Source: the human T2T-CHM13v2.0 reference genome, Homo sapiens. From it: 64,000 bases of DNA. Location: assembly GCF_009914755.1 (NCBI RefSeq), contig NC_060929.1, one strand, 5' to 3'. The translations under genes and the position numbers were made by a program. Positions within the stretch are counted from its first letter, which is position 1. Every line of letters starts with the position of its first letter. This document shows positions 25,684-41,199 of this stretch, piece after piece. The notes under the pieces are model-generated. The model saw only the letters and a program-made list of their open reading frames with translations. It had not been told where the DNA came from and did not search any database.

Positions 25684-28600
25684 AATTTTTGGGGGGTCAT
25701 TTGAGAGTAGGCTGCATACATCTGTGCCTCTTTAGCCCTTAATACTTTAATGTGCATATCCTGAGAGCCAGGATATTATCTTATGAAACTGCATACGTGA
25801 GCAAATTCAGGATATTTAGTTTTTTACAGCCCACATTACAATTTTGCCAGTTGTCCCAGTAACATCTTTTGTAGCATTTTTTTTTCTACCAGTACCTGAT
25901 CTGGTGTCTAGGATTTTATGCTATATTTAGTTGTCGTGTCTTTTTAGATGGAGAGGTATTTGCAATGATCGTTATATCAGAAGGATAATTTAAAAATTTC
26001 TAGATGTGTATTATAACTCTTCATAATGGTAGATCAGTTTAATATGTCATCCTGATAAACATTAGGACAGAAGGAAGAGCAAGAAAAGTAAAGATACTTT
26101 ATATGTAAATTTATCAGACTTTGGCATAAATAAATGATGTGTTTTCAGAGTTATTGGTACTCATTGTTTAGAAAGGTAAAACAACTTGGATTCTTTTGTG
26201 ATAGGGTTGAGTTGGCAGTATTATATGGACATGGTTTAAGAGTTTTTCAAAAAGAGTTTGTTTCAGCTCATAAAATCCTGCATGTCAAACCTTTATTAGA
26301 AAATATTGTGAGACTTAATTTAGGAAAAGAGCATTAAAGAGTGAAACATTGGAACCACAAGTGCTTCAGAATAGGCATTAGAATGCTCCATTGGATTTTT
26401 GGTTCAGTGATGAACACAGTTTTCTGTTACACAGTTTTGAGGGTTAGTGAGTAAAGACTTCCGTTGGATAGAAGCACAAGTTATGATGAAAATTTGTCTC
26501 CAACATTTTCAACCAAAGATTGTTCCTGCTATTGAATATGACTTCTGCAAGAAGTCACCTAAGGCTGGCACAGTACTGTGCTCTTTCACAGGAGCCCAAG
26601 TATTTGCTGAAAGATTCAAGTGACATGTAGCTTTCAATCAGGTAACTTAGACCCAGAACTACCGTTGAACAATCGAGTTGAATACAAGTTTCCCTGAAGG
26701 ATAGGAGTGGCTTGGAGAATTTCAGTAGCAAGTATAAGAAGTAATGCCAGCTTTTGTATGTGAAGTATGACTATTCCTTGTTTATAGGTGTCTAAATGTT
26801 TTACTTCTAGAAGCTGAAAGGAACATGGTCTTTAGTTACTTTATAGGTGAGGAACTAAACCAAATGAGAGTATGTGATTGGTGTAGGATTTCCCAGCTGG
26901 CTGTTCTTATGCAGAGAATTGAGACAAGAGCCCCAGATTCCTGATGCCCCTTCTTTTTTTCTGATGTTATTTTGGCTCTTCTTGGCACTGAAGACTTAAA
27001 CACCCTTAGAGGAAGGCAGTTAGTCCTAAAGCCCCATGCAGTTACCCTGGGCTGTTAGCTCTAGACAGGTTGTGGCTGTGAGTTTAAGTGTCTGTGTCAT
27101 CCTTCCCTTGGCCTGATACCCCTGCCCAAGTAGGAAACAATAAAACCATAAAGGGATTGTGAAGGTAGGAGATTTTCCTGGAGTCTGATTTTAGCATAGA
27201 TAATAAGCTCTGAATCAAGAGAGTGGTATAGTAGTTTAATATTTAATGTAGGAATTTGATGGAGAAGCTTAAGAGTGAGTAGAGAAATAAAAGGATGAGA
27301 CATAAAAAGGATAAGGTGCTGATAAAAATTCTAGCTTTGTTTTAACCTTACATCCTAATGGGCTAGAGACTTTTGTTAGGTACGTGGCAGGCAATTTTTA
27401 TTTGTAAAGCAGAATATACACACACTCACTGGAGTGTGATTCCCGTAGAGTTTAAATTGCTCAGCAGCTAGGGCAAAATTGTCATTTTAGATAAAATTAT
27501 TGTATTCTGATTCTGGGAAATACAAACTCCTGAACATCTCAAATGTTTTTGGGCAAGTTCATCAAATGCCTACCCACATATCGAATTATTGAATTTAATA
27601 ACAATTTAAATTAATAGGTTAAGAAATCTTAGGAATTTCTGAGTTCATCCTCTCATTTCAGATGTTTTATTATTATATTGGTAGTTTCCAGCTGTGAGAT
27701 CCTGCACATACAAGCACTTAAGAAATGTTTGCTTTTGATTTAATAGCTGGCATTCCTTCCTTCTGGAAGATGCACAGTATGCTTATAATAATGTATGACC
27801 AAGAGTTAACTGAAGATTATGTATTTTATTAACTGTAAATAATATGGATCAGTTACTACATGAAATTATTTTTTAAATTGAGGTATCGTTTCATGTGACT
27901 CAAGACAAAGATTTTCTTTTTGTGTCTCTCAACCCTCCTCCAGGATTTAGGACAAGTTTATAATAAATGAATTTATGTTTTTTTCTAAGAATCAGTTTGC
28001 CATAATGGAAATAGTATGTGTTTTTGAAATAGTAATTAGACTCTTAGGTCTACCACTTGTAAGTGTATAGTCATGAATGGTATCTACCTTAAAGACTAAA
28101 CAGGCACGCAGAATTATGCCATTAGCTCGTTAGTCAAGATATTTGTAAGCATTCATGTTCTTTCCATCCCTTCTTACTTACCACATTAGTTTTCTTCGGC
28201 AGAAAAATGTATTAAGAAGACTCTTATTGATGATTCTAACATAAGTACTTTAGATTTATTTATTTTTGCAGTAGAGATTTTATTATGAATTAGTTTTTTA
28301 CTTAACATATTTTAGTTATGATTATTGAGACAGTCTGTAGAACTTATTTCTGCAGAAGTCTCAAGAACCATTGTAGAAGAATATAGGCCCTCTTTTCTAA
28401 GCTAAAATTCATTTTCATTTGCTTTTGGCTTTTACATATTTAGTAGGGTTTTTTTCTTAGTTCTTCTAGTTCAACATATTGTTTGAGCTATATATATTGT
28501 TTTTTCTTATATTTCCAGAATTTTGTATCAGCATTTGAAAAATTAGGAAATTAGTGAAAGATCCTTGTATTATTATGTCTGATATAAAATAAAATTTGGG

Positions 28601-31159
28601 GATTTGTTCTTCTAAATTTTGTACTATTACTGTTTCTGTATTTTTTACTTAGTATTTTGTAGCATTTAAATGTCAACATGAATTTCATATTATTAACATA
28701 TTAAAAATTATTTTGTATACACAAGGTATCAGAACAGTAATCACAAGTATAGAATATGTAATAACTCCTGTTATCTAAGTAAAACTTCTGTTCTCTAATA
28801 TTCAAGAAAGCCTTTCTCTGAAACTAAGTCTCTTGGATTATTAAACAATTTTTCTGGTATAATGCTTGAGCTTTGCAAAAGTTGAATCCATTTTTTTTAT
28901 AACTATGAAGATTTTTTGTTTTCAGTGTTTTCTTCATAGTATGCCTACTTATTTTAATAGCTTAATCTGGGAAAAAGTTGCTCTAAGTACATTAATTGTC
29001 TAGGTAACTAAAACGTAACCGTTCAAGTACCGTAACTTAAGTATTTTATCTTTTTTTCTCACTTTTTAAGCATAAATACTTTTCACGTCATTACAGAAAT
29101 TAACCTTCTTTTTTTGATTGTTGCATAATAGCCCCATCAGTTGAAGGTTATATTATTTGCCATATATTTACTATTGATACTAGAAATAACCCTGGGATAA
29201 AATCTTTGAGTATAATACTCTCTTTTGTGTATTTAGGATTCTTAGGATATAGGCTCAGAAGTGTAATCATGAGGACAAAGTGTATGAAAATGTATATGGC
29301 TCAATATAGATTGTTGAGTTATTTCTTATAGGTCATACTAGTTTTACACTACCATCAGTAATTTGTTAAAAGTTGAATCATCATCTCCTCAGCAGCATAG
29401 GATATTATCATTCCAAAATTATCTTTGCTAATTGGACTAAAACCATTACTTTATTATTACATTTATTTGATTACTAGTAAGGTTCAGCATTTTCTCATGT
29501 TTGTTTAATGTTGTATTTCCTCCTGTGAATTTTCTTTCATGTGCTACTATTCGTTCTATATTAGCTTCCCAGAAAAGTTACTAATATATTGCTTTCTTGT
29601 TGGAATATTTTAGGAGCTCTCTTTTATGCTTGTTCATACAAAGCAGATATTCATCTGCTATATTTGTCAACAGTGGTACCTCCTGGAAATGCCTAAGAGA
29701 TGTTGTAGGTCCTTTGAGATATGGAGTGTCTGAGTCTTGAGAACCAAGTACTACCTGAAAGCTAGCATCATAGTGAGAGTAAATTGCCACTGTCCCTACA
29801 TCTTCTCCTGTTGTAAAGTGTTAGTAAAATGAATATTGTGAGGTGTTTTTTCCCTTGATGGCATCAGTGGCAGTGATTGTCAGTGCTCAGAAACAAAATA
29901 GTGTAATTTGGAAAAGATAGGGGAAGAGAGGAGAGGAGAGGGATAGAAGTAGATGGGGAATGAATTCTGTTGTCCGTAAAGAGGTGTACACCTGAATTGG
30001 CAGATGACTTTATTCTGGGTTTTCTCTACTCTTCCCACTCAGTTTACTCTCCACCCATCTGGGTATATTCATTAGACTTCCTACCTTTCAGAAACTTGCA
30101 TGTCAGCTCTCAGATTTACATTGGTGTTCAAATCAAAGGAAATTAATTCCCATGGCAGTCATCAGCCTTCATTGTACCAACCCTGCAATTCCTAGAGAAC
30201 TCCCTGCTGCTGAAAACTGCCTTCTTCCTGATGGCTTTCTATTTCTAATCCATGAATGACTTAAAATAAACCTCCCCTTTTCTCTTAGACAATCCGAATT
30301 TGAGTTATTCCCCCTCTTGAAAATAAAAGAGCTTAATCAGGATAGCAATATTAGATAAAAATTCAAATATATACCACATGATTATATATATTACATAATT
30401 ATATAATGTTATGTATTATGACAAACTAGTCCCAAGATGTTTTTGCTTTAAGTGGAAGAATTTGAATGTTTTAGGGAGTTCGTCCACCTCTACCTCCCTA
30501 AGTGCTGGTATTACAGGCATGAGCCACTGCACACAGCCCCTCTTAATCTGTAATGTTGGTTTCTGGGTCTTGATTTCCCCATTTTTAAAATAAGAGGATT
30601 GGATAGATGTTGTCTAGTACTCATTACATTCTGAAGCTTAGATGCTATGATTGCCATTCTCTAATTACAGTTAAAGTTAATAAATTTTTATTTTGTGGGC
30701 TGAGGGGAATGAATGGACATGATATTCAATTGGCCAACAACTTAATATCTCTATTTGTAAGACTAAAATAAGCTTTTTAACCTAAGATTCAGTTTTAAGG
30801 GTCCATGCTTATAAACTGAACACTTTCTTAATGTGTACAGATTAACATTATCTTTTGTGTCCAGTGTCATTTCAGATTTCCTTCCCATCTCACATTTCAT
30901 TCTGTTTTTTATACTCATGAATTTTTATACGTCTCATTAATCCTGGTTGAGCCTCAGTGTTTCTTTATCACAGTAACAGAAAAATAATGTGAACACTTAC
31001 AGAATATATGCTGCTGTTTTTTGTACTAAACTTTTAGTTGTACGGTAGTCTATCATATGACATTAGTTCCTACTGATTTTTTCCCACTTTTGGACCATCT
31101 CTATAGAATTTTCTTGTCCTATCCCTTTGCATAATATGAGGTGCACCCTCCATTAACTA

Positions 31160-32335
31160 CACTCATGCATTTCAGTCAACGATGGACTACATATACCATG
31201 GTGGTCCCATAAGATTATGATAGAGAGCTGAAAAGCTTCTATTGCGTCTTGATGCTGTAATGCAATGCATTACTCACTCATATGTCTGCGGTGGCCCTGG
31301 TGTAAATAAACCTGCACTGCCAGTTATATAAAAATATAGCACATATGATTATGCACAATACATAATACTTGATAATGATAGTAAATAACTATTATTGGTT
31401 CATGTATTTACTATATTATTGTTATTTTTAGTGTACTTCTACTTATTTTTTAAAAAGTCCACTGTAAAACCACCTCAGCCAGGTCCTTCAGGAGGTATTC
31501 TAGAAGAAGGCATTGTTATCATGGGAGATGACAGCTCCATGCTTGTTATTGCTGCTGAAGACCTTCCAGTGGGACAGGATACAGAGGTGGAAGACAGTGG
31601 CATTGATGACACTGACCCTGTGCAGGCCTAGGCCAATGTGTGTGTTCGTGTCTTCATTTTTAACAAAAAAGTTTAAAAAGTAAAACAAAAATTAATATAA
31701 AAAAGTGTGTAGAATACAGCTATAAGGAGAAAATATTTTTGTATAGCTGTACAGTGTGTTTGTGTTATAAGCTAAGTATTAAAAGAGTCAAAACTTTTAA
31801 AATCTAAAGTTCATAAAATAAAAAGTTACAGTAACAGCTGAGGTTAATTTATTATTGAAGAAAGAAATTGTTGTTTAAGTACAGTAGTGTACAGTATTGT
31901 CCTAGGCCTTTGCATTCACTCACCGCTTACTCTCTGACTCACCCAGGGCAACTTCTAGTCCTATAAGCTCCGTTCATGTTAAGTCCCTTATATTGATAAA
32001 CCATTTTTTTATTTTTCATGCTTTTTATACTTTATTTTTTATTTTTATGCCTTTTATCTTTTTATGCTTTTTTACCGTACCTTTTGTATGTTTACATATG
32101 TGTAGATACACAAGTACTTACCATTGTGTTACCATTGCCTGCAGTATTCAGTACAGCAACATGCTATACAGGTTTGTGGCCTAGGAGCCACAAGCTATAC
32201 CATATAGCCTAGGTGTGTAGTAGGCTATACCATCTAAGTTCATGTAAGCACACTCTATGATGTTACAACAACAAGGAAATTGCCTAACAATGCATTTCTT
32301 AGACCGTATCCCTGTCCTTAACTGACACATGACTA
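31160..32335 (+). mobile_element. Tigger3-family (Tc1/mariner-pogo) non-autonomous DNA transposon
   Basis: Degenerate TIRs ta-cactcatgc and catgact; ggtggtcccataagattat; ccttcaggaggtattctagaagaaggcattgttatcat. Confidence 0.85.
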
Positions 32336-32471
32336 AGTTTTTGCCCGTATACAATTTTTGTACTGATTTAATTCATGTCTGCTTTAATGTCCACCACTTG
32401 GTTTCCATTTTTTTCTTTGTTCTTATTCTTCCAATATTTCTGTTTTGATTTTTCTACTTTAGAATATCACC

Positions 32472-34717
32472 TGCCTTTGTCTGTTGCTGTTGCAAAATAC
32501 CTTAGACTGGGTAATTTACAAAATAATAAAAATGTATTTCTCATAGTAGTACACAGCCTGGGAAGTCCAGCCAATTTGATGTCTAGTGAAGGCTTGCCCT
32601 CTGCTTCATAAATGGAGCCTTCTTGCTGCATCCCCACATGGACGAAGGGATGTGCCCTCACATGGTGGAAGGGGAGCAGAAAGGCCAAACTGGCTCCCTT
32701 AAGCCATTTGATAAGGGTATTAATCCCATTAATGAGGACAGAACTCTCATGACGTAATCACTTCCTAAAGACTCCACCTGTTAATATTGTTGCATTGAGG
32801 GTTAAGTTTCAAGATGAATTTTGGTAGGACACATTCAAATCATAGCATTCTGCCCCTGGCCCCCCAAAATTTATGTGCTTCTGTCAAAATACATTTATTC
32901 TATCCCAAGAGCCCCAGAAGTCTTAACTCGTTCCAGCATTAATTCAAAAGTCTGAAGCCGAGAATCTCATCTAAATCAGATATGAGTGAGGCCCAAAGTA
33001 TGATTCATCTTGAGGCAAATTGCTCTCCAGCTATGAGCCTGCAAAACCAAGTAAGCCCAAGACCCACGAAGGCAAACAAGATTAAATCTTAAGGCTCCAG
33101 AATAATCTTCTTTGACTTTTATGTATTGCCTTCCAGATACAGTTGGGTAGGGGTTGGGCCCCCAAGTCTCCAGGTCACCCTGTCCCCATGGCTTTGCTGG
33201 GCACAGCCTATGCTGCAGCTCTCATGAGTTAGTCTACTGCCTGTGGTTCTCCCAAGCTGGAATTGCACTCCAGTGGCTCTTTCAGTCTAAGGGGATCCAC
33301 TCCAACAGCTCCATTAGTTATTGCCCTTGTGTAGGCTCTCTGCTGTATCCCCGCTACCACAGCTCCACTAGGCGTGCCCTAGTGGGGCCTCTGCGGTGGC
33401 CCCACCCTGTGATGGTGCTCTGCCTGAGCCCCAGGGTTTTTCAGGGTGTTCTTTCAAATCTAGGTGAGGTAACAGTGCTCCCCACAGCTTATGCATTCTG
33501 TGCACCTGCAGAGTTAGCACCATGTAGACACCACCAAGGTTTACCACCTGTGCTTTCTGGAGGGGTGGTCTGAGCTGCACCTGGGTGTGGCTGTGCCACA
33601 GCTAGGGTAGCCAGGGAATGCTGCACTATAATGTGGGTAGCAGAGCTTTGAAATCATTCTGTTCCCAAGGCACTGACATTCTGGGCTTATAATAGGCAAG
33701 ATAGTCCCAACCATCTCTGAAATGCCTTTTGGTTCATTTGTTCATTGTCTTGATGAATAGCACCTAGCTTCCTTCTGTCCATACTAATCTCCTTATCAAA
33801 CAGTCAGGTTCAGAATTTTTCAAATCTTTAAGTTCTGCCTTCCTTTTAGTTACAAACTCCATCTTTAATTTGTTTCTCTCTTCCTGCATCTTACTATAAG
33901 CAGTCAAGAGAAGCCATGCCACACCTTGAACACTTTGCCAAATATCCTATTTCATCACTCTTAAGTCCTGCCTTCCACACAATGCTAGGACATGAACACA
34001 ATTCAGCAAAGTTCTTTGCCCCTTTGCAACAAGAATGGCCTTTCCTCTAGTTTCCAATAACATATTCCTCGTTTCTGTCTCAGAGACCTCATCAGAATGG
34101 CCTTTACTGTCTGTATTTCTACCAGTACAGAGAGGACCACTTAAGAAATCTCTTAAGAGGATTGAGGCATGTCATGCAGCTCTCCTCTTCTGAGCCCTTA
34201 CCAGAATAGCCCTTTACCATCCAACCTTTACCCATTACCCAATTGCAAAGCCACTTCCACATTTTTAGGTATTTCTTATAGTAGCACCCCACTTCTTGGT
34301 GCCAATTTCTGTCTTAGTCCATTCCTGTGCTATAACAAAATATTTTAGATTGGGTAATTTGTAAGTAGTATAATATATTTCTCACACTTCTGGAAGCTGG
34401 GAAGTTCAAGTTCAAGGCACCAGTGAATTAGGTGTGCTATGAAATCTGGCTTTCTGCTTTGTAAGTGAAACCTTACAGCATCCTCACATGGAGGAAGGAA
34501 CAAACACTATTTTCTCACATGGCTGAAGGGGAGCAGCAGGGCCAAATAGATGCCCTCAAGCCCTTTTATAAGGGCATTAATTCCATTCACGAGGGCAGAG
34601 CCTTCATGACAATGGCAGTCCAAAGTGCCTTCCAAAGTCCCCACCTCTTAATACTATCGCATTTGGAATTAAGTTTCAACATGAATTTTGGAGGGATACA
34701 AACATTCAAACCATAGC
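32472..34717 (-). mobile_element. Two-LTR MaLR provirus (MST/MLT1A-like): LTR ~32472-32847, internal region, LTR ~34310-34717
   Basis: Two similar LTRs both ending acattcaaa.catagca; MaLR-internal sequence between; near-TSD TCACC/TCACT. Confidence 0.85.
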
Positions 34718-36919
34718 ATCACTTCATTTAAATGACAAGTTAAACAGTCCATTTTGATACATATTCTTTGATTGTACAAAAATAATCTAAGAAATCTTCA
34801 TCCTATTGTTATCTGATGGTACGAACTGCCATCAGTAAACCTGGGTCTCAATGACAATTTTAGTTGGGAGTGTAGTGTGCAGGGAACAAACATTAAGTAC
34901 TGACTATTGTGGTACTTTACGTTCTCAGTTAATCTTCTCATCAACGCCATTTCACAGATGACTAAACTGTGGCTTAGAAGATTGGACAATTTTCCTAAAA
35001 AAGACAGCGTCAATAATTAACAGAACTGGGATTTGAGCCAATGAGTGTATGACTCCAGAACCCATGCTTCCTCTACTCCATCAGGAACTAAACTTGTAAA
35101 AATTGATTCCCTTTCAAAAGTTTTTTCTGCTATGTCTCTTTTCATAACTGAGATCTGACTAATATATGCCCCTGTTGTGTGTGAGATTTCTATGAAGAAA
35201 TGTATGGTTAGGTAAAACCTAATGCTAATCAGCCTACTAACCACTTAACTTTTTTTTAACCTTTCTATTTTGCTATCTAAACTGCTCTGATCCTTTTCTC
35301 ATTCAGCCCTTACCAATAAATACAGTGCTGTGTTCCTTTTTCTGCATACACTTGAAAATGTGAAATACTGAATCCATACATTATACTTAATAAAGGATAG
35401 CTTTGGACATAAATAAGACATTCCTGGATCCTTCTCACTTCAGAACTTCAGGAGCAATCGAACGGCAATAAAACAGTATACTTGCAGTTATCAAAATGAG
35501 CTATAATGGTTATCCCAGTGTGCTAATTTTTTTTTAATTATCAGCTTGGCTTATCAACTGTTTAGGTATGTCTCACTTTATTAATTTGTAAAGTGGATTC
35601 TAAAATATTGAATCATACCTTTTATTAACTTAACAATTTCAGATGTGTTTCACAGGAAAATATTTGGCTATTTGCATCATAGCCTTTTTTTACCAGCTCC
35701 TTAAATTCAGTAAGTATAGCTATAATTAGTAACTTTCCTGGTGCTCATATTTTGTCATTCAGTGCCATTATTTTACCTAGAGTACTACAGCTTGTCTCCA
35801 TCTTTTATGCATGTCATCATATAAATCAGCAAATGTATAATCAGCGTAGAGCAGTGTTACTTGAAGACAAGCTACTCTTTTAATTGATGGTACTTACATA
35901 TTTAATGAACTATGAATTAAAGGAATAGTTTGGAGTAGTAGAAACATTCGACCAGAAATAGACATTCATTCCAACCCAATTCTTAACATTTACTAGCTGA
36001 GCAATTTTTGGCAAGTGACTTAATATCACTGAGACAGTTTCCTTAACTCACAGGGTAGTTTTGAAAATTAAATGAGGTAAAATATGAAAGTACTTTGAAA
36101 CTTTTTAAGCACTGTGTTTACTTAAAACCACTTGGCAGTGATAAGTCAATGTTCTGAAAGGAAATTTATAATCATGTTATAATACGTAAGGCTTTTAAAA
36201 AGCTTTTTTTCTTAAATCTGTGTCACAGAAATGAAAACTATTGGACTAGGGTTAACAATAGGCAGTGACAGTAGTCCATTGAACTACTTAAAAACTAACT
36301 CTCCAGTTGAATGTAGCAGTGGGACAATCCCTAGTAAAGCACATTAATAAATCCTATGATACTAAGAGAATCGGACCTAATTATTTTGATTAATTGGTTT
36401 TTAATGTGTAGGCTTATTAGAAGAGTTTACTTTTATGAATGACTTAATATTGCCATTTGAAGAAAGATCTAGTTACTCATAAGTTGATTTGATATACAAA
36501 TGTAAATCATATTTTGCCAGTTAAGGATCATAATTTTCTAGTGTGTGTTGTTATTATTTACTGGAGATAAACTTCCCCCAAAACTTACTTTTCCCAAGTT
36601 CTCATTTCTGTCTTACAACTTAAGTGGAACTTCTTACCCATTTTCTGTCACTGTTAAATTACAAAGTAAATAAACATTGTACTTACTAGTCCTTACTAAG
36701 AAGTACAAATTATTATGTAACTTTAAATAGTATGTTCTTATGTTTTGGTTTTCATTAAAGACTTTTTTAGTGATTAGTAATGTTTCCCATATTAATCGGT
36801 GCAGTCTGTATTCTGTTGTCTTTTTCTGTTTTCTGTTATTTCTAATACAGCTAGAACACCGCTGCTTATTAGAGTAAGAAATAATGGAAATTGCCAGGAG
36901 CAGATATATTAATTTAATA

Positions 36920-36987
36920 TAATGGTTCTCAACTGGCTATAAGTTCCCAGTAATTATAATGTGTAGTTAGGGTTGAGAACCACTGAT
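36920..36987. mobile_element. Miniature MER5-like hAT element (essentially TIRs only)
   Basis: Inverted repeat TGGTTCTCAAC (36923-36933) / GTTGAGAACCA (36972-36982). Confidence 0.6.
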
Positions 36988-37359
36988 TTAAGTTGCTTAA
37001 ACATACATGGAGAGTGAGACCAACCGTTAAATCTGTTTTAGAACTCAACAAGGAGTTGATGTTTTGAGGGTGACAATGAGATAACTAAAAGTTAAATATC
37101 TGGGAGGTGTTACTCCTATCAGCCTTTTGTTTTCATTAAAAATGAAAAATTTGTGCTCTGAAAAGCAAGGTGCAGTTATCATATCTGAAGTGATTGACCT
37201 GAAGTAGACATTCATCAAGAGAGCTGTTGAATTATTGGTGATGCATGGAATAGAAAGGGAAAGAGTTGTATAACGCAGACTGCTCATAGTCTGCCCACTG
37301 TTAAGTTCTCTAAGGGTTAGTCACATGTTCGTGGGGTGGCAGAATGAGAATAATATGGC

Positions 37360-37785
37360 AGAGTAGTAGTTCAGTGCATGGGCTCTGGAGTTGGGTGCAT
37401 CTGGGCTTGAGTCCTCGCTTTGTTCATTACTGTGTGATCTTGGACACATTGCTTAAGTTCTCTTAAGCCTGTTCCTCTTCTGTAAAATGGAGATAATTAT
37501 AGTACATATTCATGGAATTAAATGAGATCATGTATTTAAAGAATTTAACATAATAACTGGCACATGGAAGGACCCATTAATGATAACAGGGTTGCTGTTA
37601 TTAGTAGGCATGGTTCAGACTTTGGAATCACACAGGTTTGGTTTTGAATGCCTAATCTGCCACATACTAGCTGGGCAAGCTACTTAACCTCTCTGAACCT
37701 CGGTTAATATAAAATGGAGTTAACATCTACCTCATAGTGCTGTTGTGAATATTAAATGGGCTAAAGTATAGGAAGTGTCTGGTTA
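37360..37785 (+). mobile_element. Two tandem MIR elements
   Basis: ctgtgtgatcttggac...ctgtaaaatggagataat and ctagctgggcaagctacttaacctctctgaacctc. Confidence 0.75.
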
Positions 37786-38262
37786 TAGATTGGGTCAAAT
37801 TTTGAGATCAAGCTTTCCTTCTTATCACTCAATTTGATACCACACTCTTTTTTTTAATGTTGATTTGTAAACTTTAACTAGCATTTAGTAAGCATGTCTA
37901 GTCATCTTCAAAGTTCTTCCAGAAAAGACACTCTAAGCATACATTTATTCAAACTTTCCTTAGTACCTATTTTCCATTTTCTGTGTTCTGTTAATCTCTA
38001 AACTCCTAGATGACAATAACTTTGTAATGCCAGAAAGTTAAAATTTTAACGTCTTAGCCTATTTTCAAGTGGTGAACTAGATGATTTACCCATCAGTCTC
38101 AATCGAGGATGATTTAAACCCCATGTGCCTAGCACTGTGTAACATGAGTTATGGTCCCTGTCCTTCTAATCTAGTTGAGCTCATTTCCGTAACTAATATG
38201 AGCTCAACAGTTAGTTTTGCATTTTTTTCTCTTCCTTCTTGATCCATAACCTCTGGTTTTAG

Positions 38263-38791
<529 letters not shown>

Positions 38792-39444
38792 TATAGACTT
38801 TCTTAAAGGACTTTCTAGTTCCACTGATAGCTATAATTTAACAAGTTTGTCAACGTTTTGATTCATCATTAGGTGCCTGTAAACTTTTCCTTCTTTCCCT
38901 TCATACCTGAACTTTGGTTCAATTTCTCATGAAAGTTTTATTAAATAATTGTATTCTTTAAATAGCATGCTCTTTTTAGATCATTGGATAGCTCTGATTT
39001 TTTTTCTCCTTGCTCATCATAGCATTTTTCTGTAAAAAAAAAAAACAGTATAAGAGAGATTTTCTGTGGAAGTCTACATATCTGATTCACATTCAGCAAA
39101 TGATTCAGCAAATTTCTTAAGCTGTTTTGATTTATCTGCTTGTCAAATAAAAATAATACTTGCTACCTACTTACAACAGAGGGGTGTTGTGAAGATTATA
39201 TTTAGAATGTTTTTAACTCATTTACTCAATGCTATGAGAATACCTCATTTTTATTATATTGTCATACTATATACATACTACTGGTTTTTTAGATCTATTA
39301 TGACTTTTATGATGGTGAAGTGTGATTTTACTTTTCTCTTTTACCTCACCACAAAGGTATCAAAATATATGTTCTTTCGTATGCACATGGTTGTATTTAT
39401 GAGTAGTTTCCCAGTTTATGGAGATTGATGTTTCTTTTGGAAAG

Positions 39445-39650
39445 GCAGTATATCAGGGGCTTCCAGACTGGACACTGGAGCCAGATTAGTTGGGTTTGAA
39501 TCATGGCTTTGGCATTTACTAGCTGACCAACCTTAGGCAAGTAACTTCTCTGTGCCTCAATGTACTTATTTGTAAAATGTAATTAATAGAGCAGCATCAT
39601 AGAGTTGTGAAGTGCTTAGAACACTGCTTGGCACTCAAAAATATTAGCTA
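39445..39650 (+). mobile_element. MIR SINE
   Basis: tgggtttgaatc...ccttaggcaagtaacttctctgtgcctcaa. Confidence 0.7.
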
Positions 39651-40465
39651 TCACTATTACTAACAAAATAGTGCATGTGTTTAAGTCTTCAATATTTAAG
39701 TACCAGAGTTTTTGGTAGCATCTTGGCTCTCTGTGAAACAGGACTGCCCTTCCCCTAACAAACTGGAATTCCATTTTGTATGCAGATTGGACAGTTAGGT
39801 CTTCCTATGGCTCCTCCTGCCCTCATTGCAAACTGATGGGTTTTAAAAATCATTTTTATTGAAATATGACACATTCTAAAAATTAACCTAATATTAAAGC
39901 TATAGAACAAAAGATGAACCTCTCCTTCCCCATTTCTAGGAGGATTAATTCTTTTCCAGACTTTGATCATGTTTTTTATCAATTTAAACCCCTTTCACAA
40001 GCTTTGTATTATCCTTAAGATAGTCCAAGCTTCTTAACATCATCTATGAGGTCCTCCTAGCCTCACTTTTGCTTTTTGATAATTCCTGTTAGATTTCTGA
40101 TAAAGAGTCACTTCCTCAAGGAAGTCCTTTCTTGACCTCCTAACTGGGTTAGCATAATGTTTTCACAGCCCTTAGTCATTTACCATAGTCATTCTCCACT
40201 GAGGCAGTGCTGCTCTCTGGAGGTGTCCTAGTGACTGGGAGGTGCTCTTGTCATTTACTGGGCAGGGCTGAGAGTGCTAGATGTTCACCATGAAGAATTG
40301 TCCTAGCTTTGTATGACTTGTAAATGTCTTGTTAGATAGTCACAAAGGTGTAAGAAATCTGTTTATAGATATCAGAGCCAAGAGCCTAACTCAATTTTAC
40401 ATATACATGTGGAACTTTTTGCAGAGTTTTAATATATGTTGAATTTTCTAGGAATAAAAACTATG

Positions 40466-40787
<322 letters not shown>

Positions 40788-41199
40788 TTATTGAAGGACA
40801 ATTGTACCTTGTTTTGTTTGGATCTCTACCAAGAGTTGTTTACCATTTTGGGAAATGACGTCACTAATAGCAACATTTCTCACATTCATAGTGATTCAGC
40901 ATATAGATAGAAACATCTAACTTTGAATTTAGTTGAAATTAGATGGAAAAAATTTTAATTGAACCAGATGGGGGGAAAATGCATCTCTCTCTCCTGGTGG
41001 AATGTATTTGCTTTTCTCTCTTTTCCTATTGTACTTTACCATATACTTTATTCATTGACAGGTCATCTGCCTCTCTCACCAAATGAGAACTTAGTGAGGA
41101 TAAAAACAAACTATATTTTACTTATCTTTGAATCTCCAAAATTCACTGAGCACATGGTAGTTCTACTTAATAGTTACTCAGTTGAATTAATAGCAACAA

